62,225 nucleotides of DNA, from the NCBI GenBank assembly GCA_964352985.1, contig CAYGUK010000006.1, positions 1 through 62,225 on the forward strand, in the 5' to 3' direction. Both the position numbers and the translations under genes were made by a program. The DNA comes from an uncultured Legionellales bacterium. GTDB taxonomy: Bacteria; Pseudomonadota; Gammaproteobacteria; JAHCLG01. Of the stretch, positions 30,713 to 41,480 are shown in pieces; the stretch's first letter is position 1, and each line of letters begins with the position of its first letter. The notes beneath the pieces were generated by a model. The model worked only from the letters and a program-made list of their open reading frames with translations, made no database searches and was not told the origin of the DNA.

Positions 30713-31318
30713 ATGAAAAATATTGTCGTACTTATTTCTGGGAATGGAAGTAATTTACAAGCTATTATTGCTGCAAAATTAAATCTCAAGATAATTACTG
30801 TGTTATCAAATAATCCAGATGCAAATGGTTTGAATATTGCAAAAAAAGCGGGAATTAAAACCGAAGTTATTGCAGCAGAAGATCCTAGCTTTTTATCTAC
30901 CTTACAAAATTTAGCCCCTGACTTAATCGTCTTAGCTGGATTTATGAAAATATTAAATAAAGAAATCGTTGACGCGTTTCACCATAAAATAATTAATATT
31001 CACCCTTCGTTGCTACCTGCCTACCCAGGCTTAAATACTCATGAACGAGTACTCGCGGGTGAAGATAAATTCCACGGAGTAACTGTTCATGTTGTTGATG
31101 AAAAATGTGATCATGGACCTATTATCGCCCAAACTAAATGTCGAATTCAGCGCCATGACACAGTTGAAAAACTCACAAAACGCATCCAAACATTAGAGCA
31201 CCGTCTTTATCCTTGCGTTTTAAAATATTTTGCGCAAGATAAATTGACGATTGAATCCAATAAAATCATTTTGGATGGTCAACAACTTCCCAGTTCTGGC
31301 ATGCATATATCCTTTTAA
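30713..31318 (+). CDS. purN: Phosphoribosylglycinamide formyltransferase
   Basis: ISGNGSNLQA, LAGFMKIL, NIHPSLLP, HGVTVH.V...D.GPII. Confidence 0.96.
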   Translation: MKNIVVLISGNGSNLQAIIAAKLNLKIITVLSNNPDANGLNIAKKAGIKTEVIAAEDPSFLSTLQNLAPDLIVLAGFMKILNKEIVDAFHHKIINIHPSLLPAYPGLNTHERVLAGEDKFHGVTVHVVDEKCDHGPIIAQTKCRIQRHDTVEKLTKRIQTLEHRLYPCVLKYFAQDKLTIESNKIILDGQQLPSSGMHISF

Positions 31319-31586
31319 ATTCAGAATTTGTTGCTTCAATTGTGCTTATACTCAGAGATAATCGATAAATACATGATAAAAACTCAAATTTTTTCGTAAG
31401 ATTCATGAGTCGAGGATGCTAAATCACTGATAGCCTGCTATATTTATATCAAAGCGACCAAATAGTGGATTCGCACTATGTACTTGAAGATTAAGTAAGA
31501 TTTTTCTAGCGAACGTATTCGAGCATGCATCGAAAACGTTTTTAAGTAAAACAAAACAAGGGGGCAGCGAATCGCTGAAAGTTACG

Positions 31587-31946
31587 ATGATAAAATCAGA
31601 ACTGATAACCTCAATTGCAAATAAACTCAATCATATTCCTGAAAAAGATGTTAGTGATGCGGTAAATTATGTTATCGAACTTATGAGCAATAATTTAGGC
31701 AGTGGCGGTCGTATAGAAATACGCGGCTTTGGTAGTTTCTGTTTACATTACCGGCCACCCCGGAATGCGCATAATCCAAAAACTGGTGAAAAAGTAGTCA
31801 CAACTGCTAAATACAGTCCCTACTTTAAACCCGGTAAAGAGTTACGCGAACGAGTCAACAATAATCGTCATTTACCTTTAAAAGAGATTGATGATCATGA
31901 TGATGATGATGATACAGGTGATTCCGTCTCATCAATGATGTTTTAA
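31587..31946 (+). CDS. ihfB: Integration host factor subunit beta with acidic C-terminal tail
   Basis: [36 protein letters not shown]. Confidence 0.95.
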   Translation: MIKSELITSIANKLNHIPEKDVSDAVNYVIELMSNNLGSGGRIEIRGFGSFCLHYRPPRNAHNPKTGEKVVTTAKYSPYFKPGKELRERVNNNRHLPLKEIDDHDDDDDTGDSVSSMMF

Positions 31947-32509
31947 GTTTTAGGCAACGTGACGCCTCGTTGACCTTGATACTTGCCCCCGCGATCACGA
32001 TACGAGGTTTGACACATTTCATCTGATTCGAGAAATAGCATTTGCGCGACACCTTCATTCGCATAAATTTTTGCAGGTAAGGTGGTTGTATTAGAAAATT
32101 CTAAGGTGACATGACCTTCCCACTCTGGCTCTAACGGGGTGACATTCACAATAATGCCACAACGAGCATAAGTCGATTTTCCTAAACAAATGGTTAAGAC
32201 CTGACGTGGGATCCTAAAATATTCAACGGTTCTTGCGAGAGCAAATGAATTAGGTGGAATAATACAAACATCAGATTGCACATCAACAAAACTGCCACTA
32301 TTAAAATTTTTAGGATCAACTATCGCTGAATTAATATTCGTAAAAATTTTAAATTCATTGGCACAACGCACATCATAACCGTAACTTGACGTGCCATAGG
32401 ACACAATTTTTTGGCCGTTAACTTCTCGACATTGTGAAGGTTCAAAAGGTTCTATCATGCCTTCATTCTCAGCCATGTGACGGATCCAATTATCAGATTT
32501 AATACTCAT
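31943..32509 (-). CDS. dcd: dCTP deaminase
   Basis: [44 protein letters not shown]. Confidence 0.97.
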   Translation of the reverse strand: MSIKSDNWIRHMAENEGMIEPFEPSQCREVNGQKIVSYGTSSYGYDVRCANEFKIFTNINSAIVDPKNFNSGSFVDVQSDVCIIPPNSFALARTVEYFRIPRQVLTICLGKSTYARCGIIVNVTPLEPEWEGHVTLEFSNTTTLPAKIYANEGVAQMLFLESDEMCQTSYRDRGGKYQGQRGVTLPKT

Positions 32510-32517
32510 GTGCGCTC

Positions 32518-33585
32518 CTATTTATTTTCAACCACAATATTAGGAAATTTATGGGCGTAAGTTTTGTCTTTCATGGCAATTCGTGCCGCTAATTTCAGCG
32601 CTATGTTATTATAATATTGACTTGCAATGCAATCTGGATCCATCGCCACAATTGGCGTACCTTGATCGGCATTATCACAAATCGCTCGGTTTAAGGGAAT
32701 TTGTCCTAGTAAAGGTAGATTAAATTCTTGAGATAATTTTAATGCGCCTTCGGCACCAAATATAGGTTCAGCAAAACCGCACTGAGGACAATGATAAAGA
32801 CTCATATTTTCGACTATCCCTAAAATATCGATATCAACTCGTTGAAACATTTTTATCGCACGTGTTACATCTAATAAAGCAATATCTTGCGGCGTAGTCA
32901 CCACGACACTGCCTACCACCGGAATTTTTTGCGCGGTTGTTAATTGAATATCACCTGTACCAGGTGGCATGTCGAGTAATAAATAATCTAAATCCTGCCA
33001 TTTAGTATCATTCAATAATTGTTGAAGCGCGCGTGTTACCATAGGACCTCGCCAAATCATCGCAGTATCATCTTCGACTAGATAAGCAATCGACATCGTT
33101 TGTAATCCATGACAAATGATAGGAAGAATACTTTTACCATCTGGACTATCGGGTTGACGCATAACACCCAACATATGCGGTTGATTCGGACCATAAATAT
33201 CCGCATCCATAATTCCCACATTGGCGCCTTGTTGTGAAAGCGCAAGCGCTAAATTAACACAAGTCGTTGACTTGCCTACACCACCTTTACCAGACGCTAC
33301 CACAATAATGTTTTTAACCCCCGGTATCGGTTTTAAATTATTTTGAACTTTATGCGAACTAATCTTTTGCAAACAATTTATTGTAAATTGATAATCCGAT
33401 ATCGTTTCTTGAATTTGTTGTTTTACTGTTTCAGCGAAAAGTAAAATAGGTAATCGAAAACATAAATCAAATTGTATTAAATTATTTTTAATATTCCAGT
33501 TTTCGATGGAAGCAACTTGTCCTATATTTATTTCCGTGCCAGGTAATTGAATGTTGTTGATTTTATCTTTGATCGCTTGTTCCAT
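32518..33585 (-). CDS. apbC: Fe-S cluster carrier ATPase Mrp/ApbC
   Basis: [38 protein letters not shown]. Start placed at ATG 33585. Confidence 0.95.
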   Translation of the reverse strand: MEQAIKDKINNIQLPGTEINIGQVASIENWNIKNNLIQFDLCFRLPILLFAETVKQQIQETISDYQFTINCLQKISSHKVQNNLKPIPGVKNIIVVASGKGGVGKSTTCVNLALALSQQGANVGIMDADIYGPNQPHMLGVMRQPDSPDGKSILPIICHGLQTMSIAYLVEDDTAMIWRGPMVTRALQQLLNDTKWQDLDYLLLDMPPGTGDIQLTTAQKIPVVGSVVVTTPQDIALLDVTRAIKMFQRVDIDILGIVENMSLYHCPQCGFAEPIFGAEGALKLSQEFNLPLLGQIPLNRAICDNADQGTPIVAMDPDCIASQYYNNIALKLAARIAMKDKTYAHKFPNIVVENK

Positions 33586-34048
33586 TGGATGAATCTCATA
33601 AATCACTAAAGCGCGAAAGTATAGCATACTAAACAAAAAATCTGTAAAAGAGAAATACTTGGATATTACTAATAGGAATTAAGACCTAAACTGACTTTAC
33701 AAATACTTTTCTACTAAATACCAAAATCATCTCGGATTCTAGTTATCAACTTGGCGTTAGCCTGATTACCTTACCGCTGCTATTTAGTTCTACAGGGATT
33801 GTATTTATACACAATATAATTCATCGTCCTCGCGCTATCGCGCAACTTGTAACAGAATCTAAACATAACCCAAACAAAAGAACAGAAACATTTTCTGATA
33901 ATATTATTCATCATTCAATGAGTAAATAAGTCATCAATCACAAAGATTGAATGCGATTAGCATCATTAAAACATAAAACATTAGAATTCCCATTTCAAAG
34001 TGTGAGTGGTATATTAGCGACAAATTTTCATGAATAACAAGGCTTAAA

Positions 34049-35701
34049 ATGGAGCAACCACGTCGAATCTTAGTCACAAGCGCCCTACCCTATGCCAACG
34101 GCGCCATGCATCTTGGTTATATACTTGAATCTATTCAAACAGATATCTGGGTTCGTTTTCAACGCATGATGGGGAACGAATGCTATTATGTTTGTGGTGA
34201 AGATTCTCATGGCACACCTATTATGTTACAAGCTGAAAAAGAAAATATTTCCCCAGAAGAATTAATTGCTAAAATTAAAGTTGCTCATGAAAACGATCTC
34301 CAAGATTTTTTAATTTCGTTAGATAATTTTTATACGACTCATTCTCCTGAAAATCAGGAACTGTCCTCACTGATTTATCAACGCTTATCTGAAAATGGGG
34401 ATATCAGTAAAAAAACTATTACTCAAGCATTTGATCAAGAAAAAAATATGTTCTTACCCGATCGTTATGTCAAAGGCACATGCCCACGTTGCAAAACAGA
34501 AGATCAATACGGCGATAATTGTGAAAAATGCGGCGCCACTTATTTACCGACGGATTTAATTGATCCGAAATCCGTTATTTCAGGCACAACACCTATCGAA
34601 AAACAATCAGAACACTATTTTTTCGGTTTACCAAATTATCACAATATGCTAACGACCTGGATGCAACATGGACACTTACAAGAAGAAGTCGTGAATAAAC
34701 TCGGTGAATGGTTTGAAGCAGGTTTACAATCCTGGGATATTTCACGTGATAAACCTTATTTTGGTTTTAATATTCCGGGCACAGATGATAAATATTTTTA
34801 TGTTTGGCTCGATGCCCCAATTGGTTACATGGCAAGTTTCAAAAATTTTGCTGAAAAAAATCCTCATATTAATTTTGATGAATTTTGGACAGAAGGTCAT
34901 AATACTGAACTGTATCACTTCATCGGAAAAGATATTATTTATTTTCACGCATTATTTTGGCCAGCAATGTTAACCGGCGCAAAATTTCGAACACCTACCG
35001 CTATTTTTGCTCACGGATTTATTACAGTTAACGGCCAAAAAATGTCTAAATCCCGAGGCACATTTATAAAAGCCAGAACCTACCTCGATCATTTACATCC
35101 AGAATATTTGCGTTATTATTTTGCGGCTAAGCTTAATAGTAAAATTCAAGATATCGATATTAATTTTGAAGATTTTAAACAACGTATCAATAGTGATTTA
35201 GTTGGAAAAATAGTTAATCTCGCCTCACGCTCACAAGGTTTCATCAAAAAAACAGGTGGTCTGCTTGCTAGCGAATTGTTAGATATTGAATGCTTCCAAC
35301 AATTTGTCGACAAAGGTGATGAAATTGCAGAATGCTATGAGAATCGCGAATTTTCTAAAGTCGTCAGACTGATCATCGAATTAGCTGATATCGCTAATCA
35401 ATATATTGATCAAGAAAAACCTTGGGTATTAAATAAAGAAGAAAGCAATAAAGATAAAGTCATTGCGATTTGCACTCAATGTCTTAATTTATTTAGAGTA
35501 TTAATTGCTTATTTAAAACCGATTCTACCTGAGATGGCAACTAACAGTGAAACATTTTTAAATTGTGAACCTTTAACTTGGCAAAATTATAAAACGCCAC
35601 TACTAAATCATACGATAAATAAATTTACGCCTTTAATGCAACGCATTGAAGATGAGCAAATTCAGGCGATGTTAGAACAATCTCAACATGAAAAAAATTG
35701 A
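34049..35701 (+). CDS. metG: Methionine--tRNA ligase (short form without the C-terminal Trbp domain)
   Basis: [14 protein letters not shown], Zn knuckle [29 protein letters not shown]. Confidence 0.97.
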   Translation: MEQPRRILVTSALPYANGAMHLGYILESIQTDIWVRFQRMMGNECYYVCGEDSHGTPIMLQAEKENISPEELIAKIKVAHENDLQDFLISLDNFYTTHSPENQELSSLIYQRLSENGDISKKTITQAFDQEKNMFLPDRYVKGTCPRCKTEDQYGDNCEKCGATYLPTDLIDPKSVISGTTPIEKQSEHYFFGLPNYHNMLTTWMQHGHLQEEVVNKLGEWFEAGLQSWDISRDKPYFGFNIPGTDDKYFYVWLDAPIGYMASFKNFAEKNPHINFDEFWTEGHNTELYHFIGKDIIYFHALFWPAMLTGAKFRTPTAIFAHGFITVNGQKMSKSRGTFIKARTYLDHLHPEYLRYYFAAKLNSKIQDIDINFEDFKQRINSDLVGKIVNLASRSQGFIKKTGGLLASELLDIECFQQFVDKGDEIAECYENREFSKVVRLIIELADIANQYIDQEKPWVLNKEESNKDKVIAICTQCLNLFRVLIAYLKPILPEMATNSETFLNCEPLTWQNYKTPLLNHTINKFTPLMQRIEDEQIQAMLEQSQHEKN

Positions 35702-36266
35702 AGAAATTGACAATATTCTCCCTCAAACACAATGTGGCCTTTGCGGCTATGACGGTTGCAAACCTTATGCCTCCGCGTTAATCGAAAATAATGAACGTAT
35801 TGATCGATGCCTCCCAGGTGGTATTCCAACACTAAAAAAAATAGGTCAATTATTAAATAAAAATGTTGAACCATTTTTAGCGAGCATGCAGGCAAGACAA
35901 AAACCACCATTGCTTGCAGTCATTAACGATGAGGAGTGTATTGGTTGCACTAAATGTATTCAAGCTTGTCCTGTCGATGCCATTGCAGGTAGCGCTAAAT
36001 CCATGCATGTAATATTAAATACTGAATGCACTGGTTGTGAGTTATGTGTCGAACCGTGCCCGATGGATTGTATCGATATGATTGAAATTTCGCCTGCCTC
36101 GGAAGCCTTGAAAAAACAACAAGCCCAAGTTGCAAAAATGCGTTATACAGCAAAATTAAATCGCACTGAAAAAAAAACCTCGACAAAAACACAAACTATT
36201 TCACAGCGCAAAGATTATATACAACAGGTGTTAGCACGTGCACGGAAGAAATCAGACAATGAATAA
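35688..36266 (+). CDS. rnfB: RnfB/RsxB-like Fe-S protein
   Basis: [38 protein letters not shown]; metG-rnfB-nth context. Confidence 0.92.
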   Translation: MKKIEEIDNILPQTQCGLCGYDGCKPYASALIENNERIDRCLPGGIPTLKKIGQLLNKNVEPFLASMQARQKPPLLAVINDEECIGCTKCIQACPVDAIAGSAKSMHVILNTECTGCELCVEPCPMDCIDMIEISPASEALKKQQAQVAKMRYTAKLNRTEKKTSTKTQTISQRKDYIQQVLARARKKSDNE

Positions 36267-36876
36267 AGAAAAACGCATTAAAATTTTTCAACGTTTACAA
36301 AAGGCAACACCACATCCCACTACTGAGTTAATTTACCATTCTCCCTTTCAATTATTAATTGCAGTCATCCTTTCCGCACAAGCCACAGATGTGAGTGTCA
36401 ATAAAGCAACAGAAAAATTATTTCCCATAGCCAATACAGCAGAAAAAATTTATAACCTTGGTGTAACAAAATTAAAATCCTATATAAAAACCATTGGTCT
36501 CTATAATACTAAAGCTAAAAATGTGATTGCCACTTGCAAAATTTTAACAGAACAATATAACGGTCAAGTACCTGAAGATCGTGCTAAACTTGAAGCATTA
36601 CCCGGTGTCGGCCGTAAAACAGCGAATGTTATTTTAAATACTGCATTTGGACATCCCACTATTGCCGTCGATACTCATATTTTTCGCGTTGCAAATCGAA
36701 CTAAGATTGCACCGGGAAAAACAGTATTAGAAGTTGAAAAAAAATTATTAAAATTTATTCCCGAAGAATTTAAAAAAGATGCGCATCATTGGTTAATTTT
36801 ACATGGCAGATATACTTGTGTGGCACGCAAACCTAAATGTGAAAATTGTATTATCGCTGATTTATGCGAGTGGTAA
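36259..36876 (+). CDS. nth: Endonuclease III
   Basis: LSAQATD, LPGVGRKTANV, VDTHIFR, C..RKP.C..C.....C. Confidence 0.97.
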   Translation: MNKEKRIKIFQRLQKATPHPTTELIYHSPFQLLIAVILSAQATDVSVNKATEKLFPIANTAEKIYNLGVTKLKSYIKTIGLYNTKAKNVIATCKILTEQYNGQVPEDRAKLEALPGVGRKTANVILNTAFGHPTIAVDTHIFRVANRTKIAPGKTVLEVEKKLLKFIPEEFKKDAHHWLILHGRYTCVARKPKCENCIIADLCEW

Positions 36877-37080
36877 CATCTTAAACTTTGGGTGAGTTGT
36901 GTCCTTCGAGACGAATTATATTCTCCCCTAAGAACCTCCATAACTATTAAGAAAACGCTAATAAAAAATCTTGAGAAATATTATATCACGTCGAAAACTT
37001 TACTAGAATTTTTCTATATTCATCTTTCTCATTACTACTTTTCGGGCGTTTATGACATAGATTATTTTCTTCATGAGCCT

Positions 37081-37890
37081 TCAGGTCAACTTCTTCACGC
37101 TCAGCTTGATCATAAACTTCGAGGGCTTTATTAATATGTTGTTTTTTTCAGTATTCTTTTGTGTTCCTTGTAACAATTCAATTAAACTTTTTGCCCGAAG
37201 TCTGTGACGACGTATTGTAAAAAAGCCGATTAATGAAGCGTTACTATATTTTCCCATGTCTTCAATAAATTGATTTATATTTTGATCGTCATCTTTAACT
37301 GATTTTTTAGATTTTTTTTCAACATCTTCAACATCTAATTTTTCTTGTTGAAGCTTAATATCATGTTCATCAAATCGTTTAATCTCTTGTTCTTTTTCTT
37401 GAAAACTTTTGTCAATTAATTTTGAGAGTATCAGGTTTTTCAAACGTAATATGCCCATTTTTGTTAATGCAGAGCAGGTAACTAAAATCATACCTTGATC
37501 TGCAAGATATTTCTTCACACTTGCAGCATTTAGCGATTCTTCTTTTAGATCACTTTTTGTTTCCACACAAATGATTTTTTCTTTTTCATTTTGTGGCAAT
37601 CCTACTGGAATATATTTCTTAATATCTGCTATCGATGTATCTTGTGTTGGGTCGTAAACTACAATTTTCAGTTTAGCTTGCGAACTATAATAATTTGTCA
37701 CGATTGAAAATTTATCATATGAGGAACTATCCCAAACTTTAATCTGGTAGTCATTCAATTTAATCATTTGAAAGTCAATACCGATGGTAGGGAGATGACA
37801 ATCGATAAATTTTTTATCACTTAATGCTAGAGCCAATTGCGTTTTTCCAGAACCCCGAGGTCCCAAAACAATCACTTGATATTGGAACAC
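37081..37890 (-). CDS. Eukaryotic-like Rab-family small GTPase domain protein with C-terminal extension (probable effector)
   Basis: G1 GPRGSGKT, PTIGIDF, G3 VWDSSS, G4 TKSD, G5 CSAL. Start GTG 37890 after RBS ggag; the longer called ORF overlaps the divergent permease. Confidence 0.85.
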   Translation of the reverse strand: MFQYQVIVLGPRGSGKTQLALALSDKKFIDCHLPTIGIDFQMIKLNDYQIKVWDSSSYDKFSIVTNYYSSQAKLKIVVYDPTQDTSIADIKKYIPVGLPQNEKEKIICVETKSDLKEESLNAASVKKYLADQGMILVTCSALTKMGILRLKNLILSKLIDKSFQEKEQEIKRFDEHDIKLQQEKLDVEDVEKKSKKSVKDDDQNINQFIEDMGKYSNASLIGFFTIRRHRLRAKSLIELLQGTQKNTEKNNILIKPSKFMIKLSVKKLT

Positions 37891-38017
37891 GTTTAATACT
37901 CCATTTTCTGTGAAACATAAAACCGCAAAGTCTAGAGCAACAGAAAAAATACACTTAGCGTAATATTTTCCCATTTTCAAAAGCGAGTGATATAATCCAG
38001 AATAAATCAGTAACAAT

Positions 38018-39973
38018 ATGTACAACATGTTCGAAAAAATACGCAGACTTATTTTGGGGCCACCTCGTAATCCACTCAATCCTGCAACACGCAAACACAT
38101 TGCGTTAGTTGCTGTCCTTGCTTGGGTAGGCTTAGGAGCTGATGGACTTTCATCTTCTAGTTATGGACCAGAAGAAGCTTTTCTCGCGCTGGGAAAATAT
38201 CACCATTTAGCGCTTTATTTAGCATTGGCTATTGCCGCCACGGTTTTTATTATTTCATACTCCTATAACCAAGTTATCGAACTTTTCCCAAATGGTGGTG
38301 GTGGCTATAAAACAGCGACTAAACTATTAAATCCAACGATGGGATTATTATCAGGCGCCGCTCTCATAGTTGACTATGTTTTAACAATTGCAATTTCTGT
38401 TGCAAGTGGCGTGGGAACAATTTTTAGTCTTCTACCTAGTCAATGGCAATCTTATAGTTTAGAAGCAGATGCGTTAATCGTAATAATTTTAATCGTCCTT
38501 AATCTCCGAGGAATGAAAGAATCGATTAAAATTTTATTACCCATTTTTGCTGGATTTGTTATTACACATATATTTTTGATCACCTATGGTATTTTTTCAC
38601 ATGGTTCTCAATTACCGATTATTGTAAATAACGCCGTCTCTGAAACGCACGTCGTAGCAGCGAAAATGGGATGGATAGTTTTATTAATTTTACTCGTAAA
38701 AGCCTATGCCTTAGGTGGTGGTACTTATACTGGATTAGAAGCTGTTTCCAATAATGTTAATACGCTTGCTGAACCACGAGTAAAAACGGGTAAATGGACC
38801 ATGTTTTACATGGCAGTCTCACTGAGTATCACCGCTGGTGGGATCACCTTTTTATATTTATTGTGGCACGTTCAACCCGAACCTGATAAAACTTTAAATG
38901 CAGTTGTATTTGGATCTATTTTAGCAAATTGGCATTATGGCCATGCGATTTTAATTACTTCTTTAGCATTTGAAACAGGTTTATTATTTGTCGGTGCGAA
39001 TACTGGTTTTCTAGGTGGTCCCGCCGTACTATCCAATATGGCCCTCGACTCTTGGGTACCCAATCGTTTTCGAAATTTATCAAATCGTCTTGTCACTCAA
39101 AATGGTATTATTTTGTTTGGCCTTGCTGCCTTATTTATTTTGACGTGGAGTGATGGTCATGTTTATTATCTGGTTGTGCTTTATAGTGTTTCCGTTTTTT
39201 TAACTTTTTCTATTTCATTGTTGGGCTTGTGTAAACATTGGATTTGTAATCGCCCCGCTAATAGCCGTTGGTTTTTGAAGTTATGTTTATGTTCAATTGG
39301 CTTAATTATTTGCGTGAGTATTTTACTCGTTACATTTTTTACTAAATTTTTTACGGGCGGTTGGTTTAGTGGTTTAATCATTGCCGCTGTTGTTACCATG
39401 TGTATTATGATTAAACGTTATTATCGTAACACAGCCGCTTTATTATCAGCTGCCGATAAAATATTTGCTCAAGAGTTGCCAGAACACGAAGGAAAAGATC
39501 CTGAACTAGATTATGGAGCTCCCACTGCCGTATTTTTTATTAATAAAAGTCGTGGTGCTGGCATGCACACGTTACTCTGGGCACAACGGTTATTCCCCAA
39601 CCAATTTAAAAATTTCGTCTTTGTGCGAGTAGGTGTTGTCGATGTCGAAAATTTTAATCGTGACAAAGAATTAAACGCGATGCAAAAAGATGTCGAAAAT
39701 GAATTAATGTATTTTACAAATTTTTCACACCAACAAGGTATTGCTGTAAAGTGCTATCGGGATTATGGTATTGATCCAGTTGATAAACTAACCACCCTCG
39801 CTGAAAGAATTAACAAAGAGTTTCCCAATAGTATCTTCTTTTCTTGTCAATTACTCTTCAGTAAAGAAAATTGGATACAACGGATTTTACATAATAATAC
39901 AGCAAATAGTTTGCAACGCCGGTTACATTTAGCAGGTATGCAAATGGTTATTTTACCCATGAAGTTATCTTAA
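38018..39973 (+). CDS. APC-family permease (KimA-like K+/amino acid transporter)
   Basis: GADGLSSSSYGPEE, PNGGGGY, DYVLTIAIS, YTGLEAVSN, C-terminal soluble domain with LHN.TA..LQRRL. Confidence 0.9.
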   Translation: MYNMFEKIRRLILGPPRNPLNPATRKHIALVAVLAWVGLGADGLSSSSYGPEEAFLALGKYHHLALYLALAIAATVFIISYSYNQVIELFPNGGGGYKTATKLLNPTMGLLSGAALIVDYVLTIAISVASGVGTIFSLLPSQWQSYSLEADALIVIILIVLNLRGMKESIKILLPIFAGFVITHIFLITYGIFSHGSQLPIIVNNAVSETHVVAAKMGWIVLLILLVKAYALGGGTYTGLEAVSNNVNTLAEPRVKTGKWTMFYMAVSLSITAGGITFLYLLWHVQPEPDKTLNAVVFGSILANWHYGHAILITSLAFETGLLFVGANTGFLGGPAVLSNMALDSWVPNRFRNLSNRLVTQNGIILFGLAALFILTWSDGHVYYLVVLYSVSVFLTFSISLLGLCKHWICNRPANSRWFLKLCLCSIGLIICVSILLVTFFTKFFTGGWFSGLIIAAVVTMCIMIKRYYRNTAALLSAADKIFAQELPEHEGKDPELDYGAPTAVFFINKSRGAGMHTLLWAQRLFPNQFKNFVFVRVGVVDVENFNRDKELNAMQKDVENELMYFTNFSHQQGIAVKCYRDYGIDPVDKLTTLAERINKEFPNSIFFSCQLLFSKENWIQRILHNNTANSLQRRLHLAGMQMVILPMKLS

Positions 39974-40407
39974 TGTTTACTCATCATCGACATGAGTTAA
40001 GAGAACATTATTATCAAGCATGGAAAAAATTTTGCGATCATTTACCGACTGATCCACTTGAGATGCAATTAATTTCTGTAATTAAAATGCATCCAGAATA
40101 TCATTTTATTTTTGAAAACTTCGACAAATACCGAGATAAAGATTTTAATCCTGAACTGGGAGAAACGAATCCATTTTTGCATTTATCCATGCATCAAACA
40201 ATTCGCGATCAAGTACGAACCGACAAACCTGATGGCATGCAAAAAATATATAGTAAACTGCTAAAACGAACTAGCGACAAGCATCAAGTCGAACATATCA
40301 TCATGGATGTCTTAATTGAGATGATGTGGCAATCACAACATCTCAATTTGCCATTCAATGATAAAAAATATCTCCGCCAATTAAAGCAACTTATCAATCA
40401 GCACTAA
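39973..40407 (+). CDS. DUF1841-family protein
   Basis: HPEYH, GETNPFLHLSMH, DQ..TD.P.G. Confidence 0.88.
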   Translation: MFTHHRHELREHYYQAWKKFCDHLPTDPLEMQLISVIKMHPEYHFIFENFDKYRDKDFNPELGETNPFLHLSMHQTIRDQVRTDKPDGMQKIYSKLLKRTSDKHQVEHIIMDVLIEMMWQSQHLNLPFNDKKYLRQLKQLINQH

Positions 40408-40951
40408 TATGACTTACGCGAGTATTTTTATGCTGATGTTTATCACTTATGATTTGATAAACTGAAGATATTTTATGACGTTCTTCAGCAAGATAACTTG
40501 GTGAAATATTCCAACCAGGCACACGCAAACAAATTGCAATTATCTTTGTAGTTTGCTGAACAATTCCCATAATATCATGTTGTAATTTAATATCTGCTTG
40601 GCAAATATCGGCTTGAACATCTTTTTTCAAAAAACTTTTTATTGCGTGACTTCCTGCGCGATGTAAGCTCAATAATTTATCACGGAAATGTTTAACAATA
40701 CTTAATAGATGAAGCGCTAACTCTTCTTTCTCTATTAACTTTGTCGTGTAATGATTTTTTTCTTGATAGCAACAATGCATCAATCGATTAATTTCAGTTT
40801 GTAATTGACGTGCATTGATAGAAGAAATGGTTAATTTATAATTTTCTTTTTTAGAAATCACTTTGATGTCATTTTGTCTTTCTAAAAAAGGAAATCCCAA
40901 TATCACATTGATAATCGTTTCGGCATCGATAGCCGGTTGTTTCGCTAGCAT
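40394..40951 (-). CDS. Hypothetical protein
   Basis: 185-aa ORF with RBS gagg; no family recognised. Confidence 0.65.
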   Translation of the reverse strand: MLAKQPAIDAETIINVILGFPFLERQNDIKVISKKENYKLTISSINARQLQTEINRLMHCCYQEKNHYTTKLIEKEELALHLLSIVKHFRDKLLSLHRAGSHAIKSFLKKDVQADICQADIKLQHDIMGIVQQTTKIIAICLRVPGWNISPSYLAEERHKISSVYQIISDKHQHKNTRVSHISAD

Positions 40952-41480
40952 TGTTTACCTCATTTGTCTCTCGAAATTTAAGTTAGTTAGTTATTCATCG
41001 TTAGTAATCGTAAAATCTAAGTCATTTAGAAAAAAGTGACGTCGTGTCGAGTGAAAAAAAATCTTAGTTAGTAGCGCTATTATATCGTAAATTGTGCCAT
41101 CGGTACACAATTTGTTTTTCATTTATTTCAATAAGTTATAGTTATAATAATTTATTTAATACTAGCTTATATTATAACTAATTGATTTATTTTACTGATC
41201 ATCAAAGATGTTTAAGCCTCAAAATAAGAGTAATAAACAGCAATAGCAAAGTTTTTCGGCTATCAGTCAAAGTATCGAATAAAATAAAATATCATAACTT
41301 ATTTCTTGTGTGATGATTTGCCCATATGTTGACTTTAATAGACTTACATCCCAATTGACACTCTCGCACAGCTTTCACCAATAAAAATCTACGAAGATGA
41401 ACAGGAAATGTATCTGGGATAAATTAGCACCGATTGCGACAATATCTCCAATGATAAAAAACAAAATAAGGGGACTCGTT

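Noticed and set aside
31380-31560. Small hairpins with GGA upstream of ihfB as an Rsm/Csr sRNA
   Set aside because: Only two GGA motifs and no terminator; insufficient support.
35688-36266. Lone rnfB as evidence of an Rnf complex
   Set aside because: Stand-alone rnfB next to nth is common; no other rnf genes are in the window.
37891-38100. N-terminal 70 aa of the called 339-aa ORF
   Set aside because: Overlaps the divergent permease start; a good RBS and GTG sit at 37890, right before the GTPase domain.
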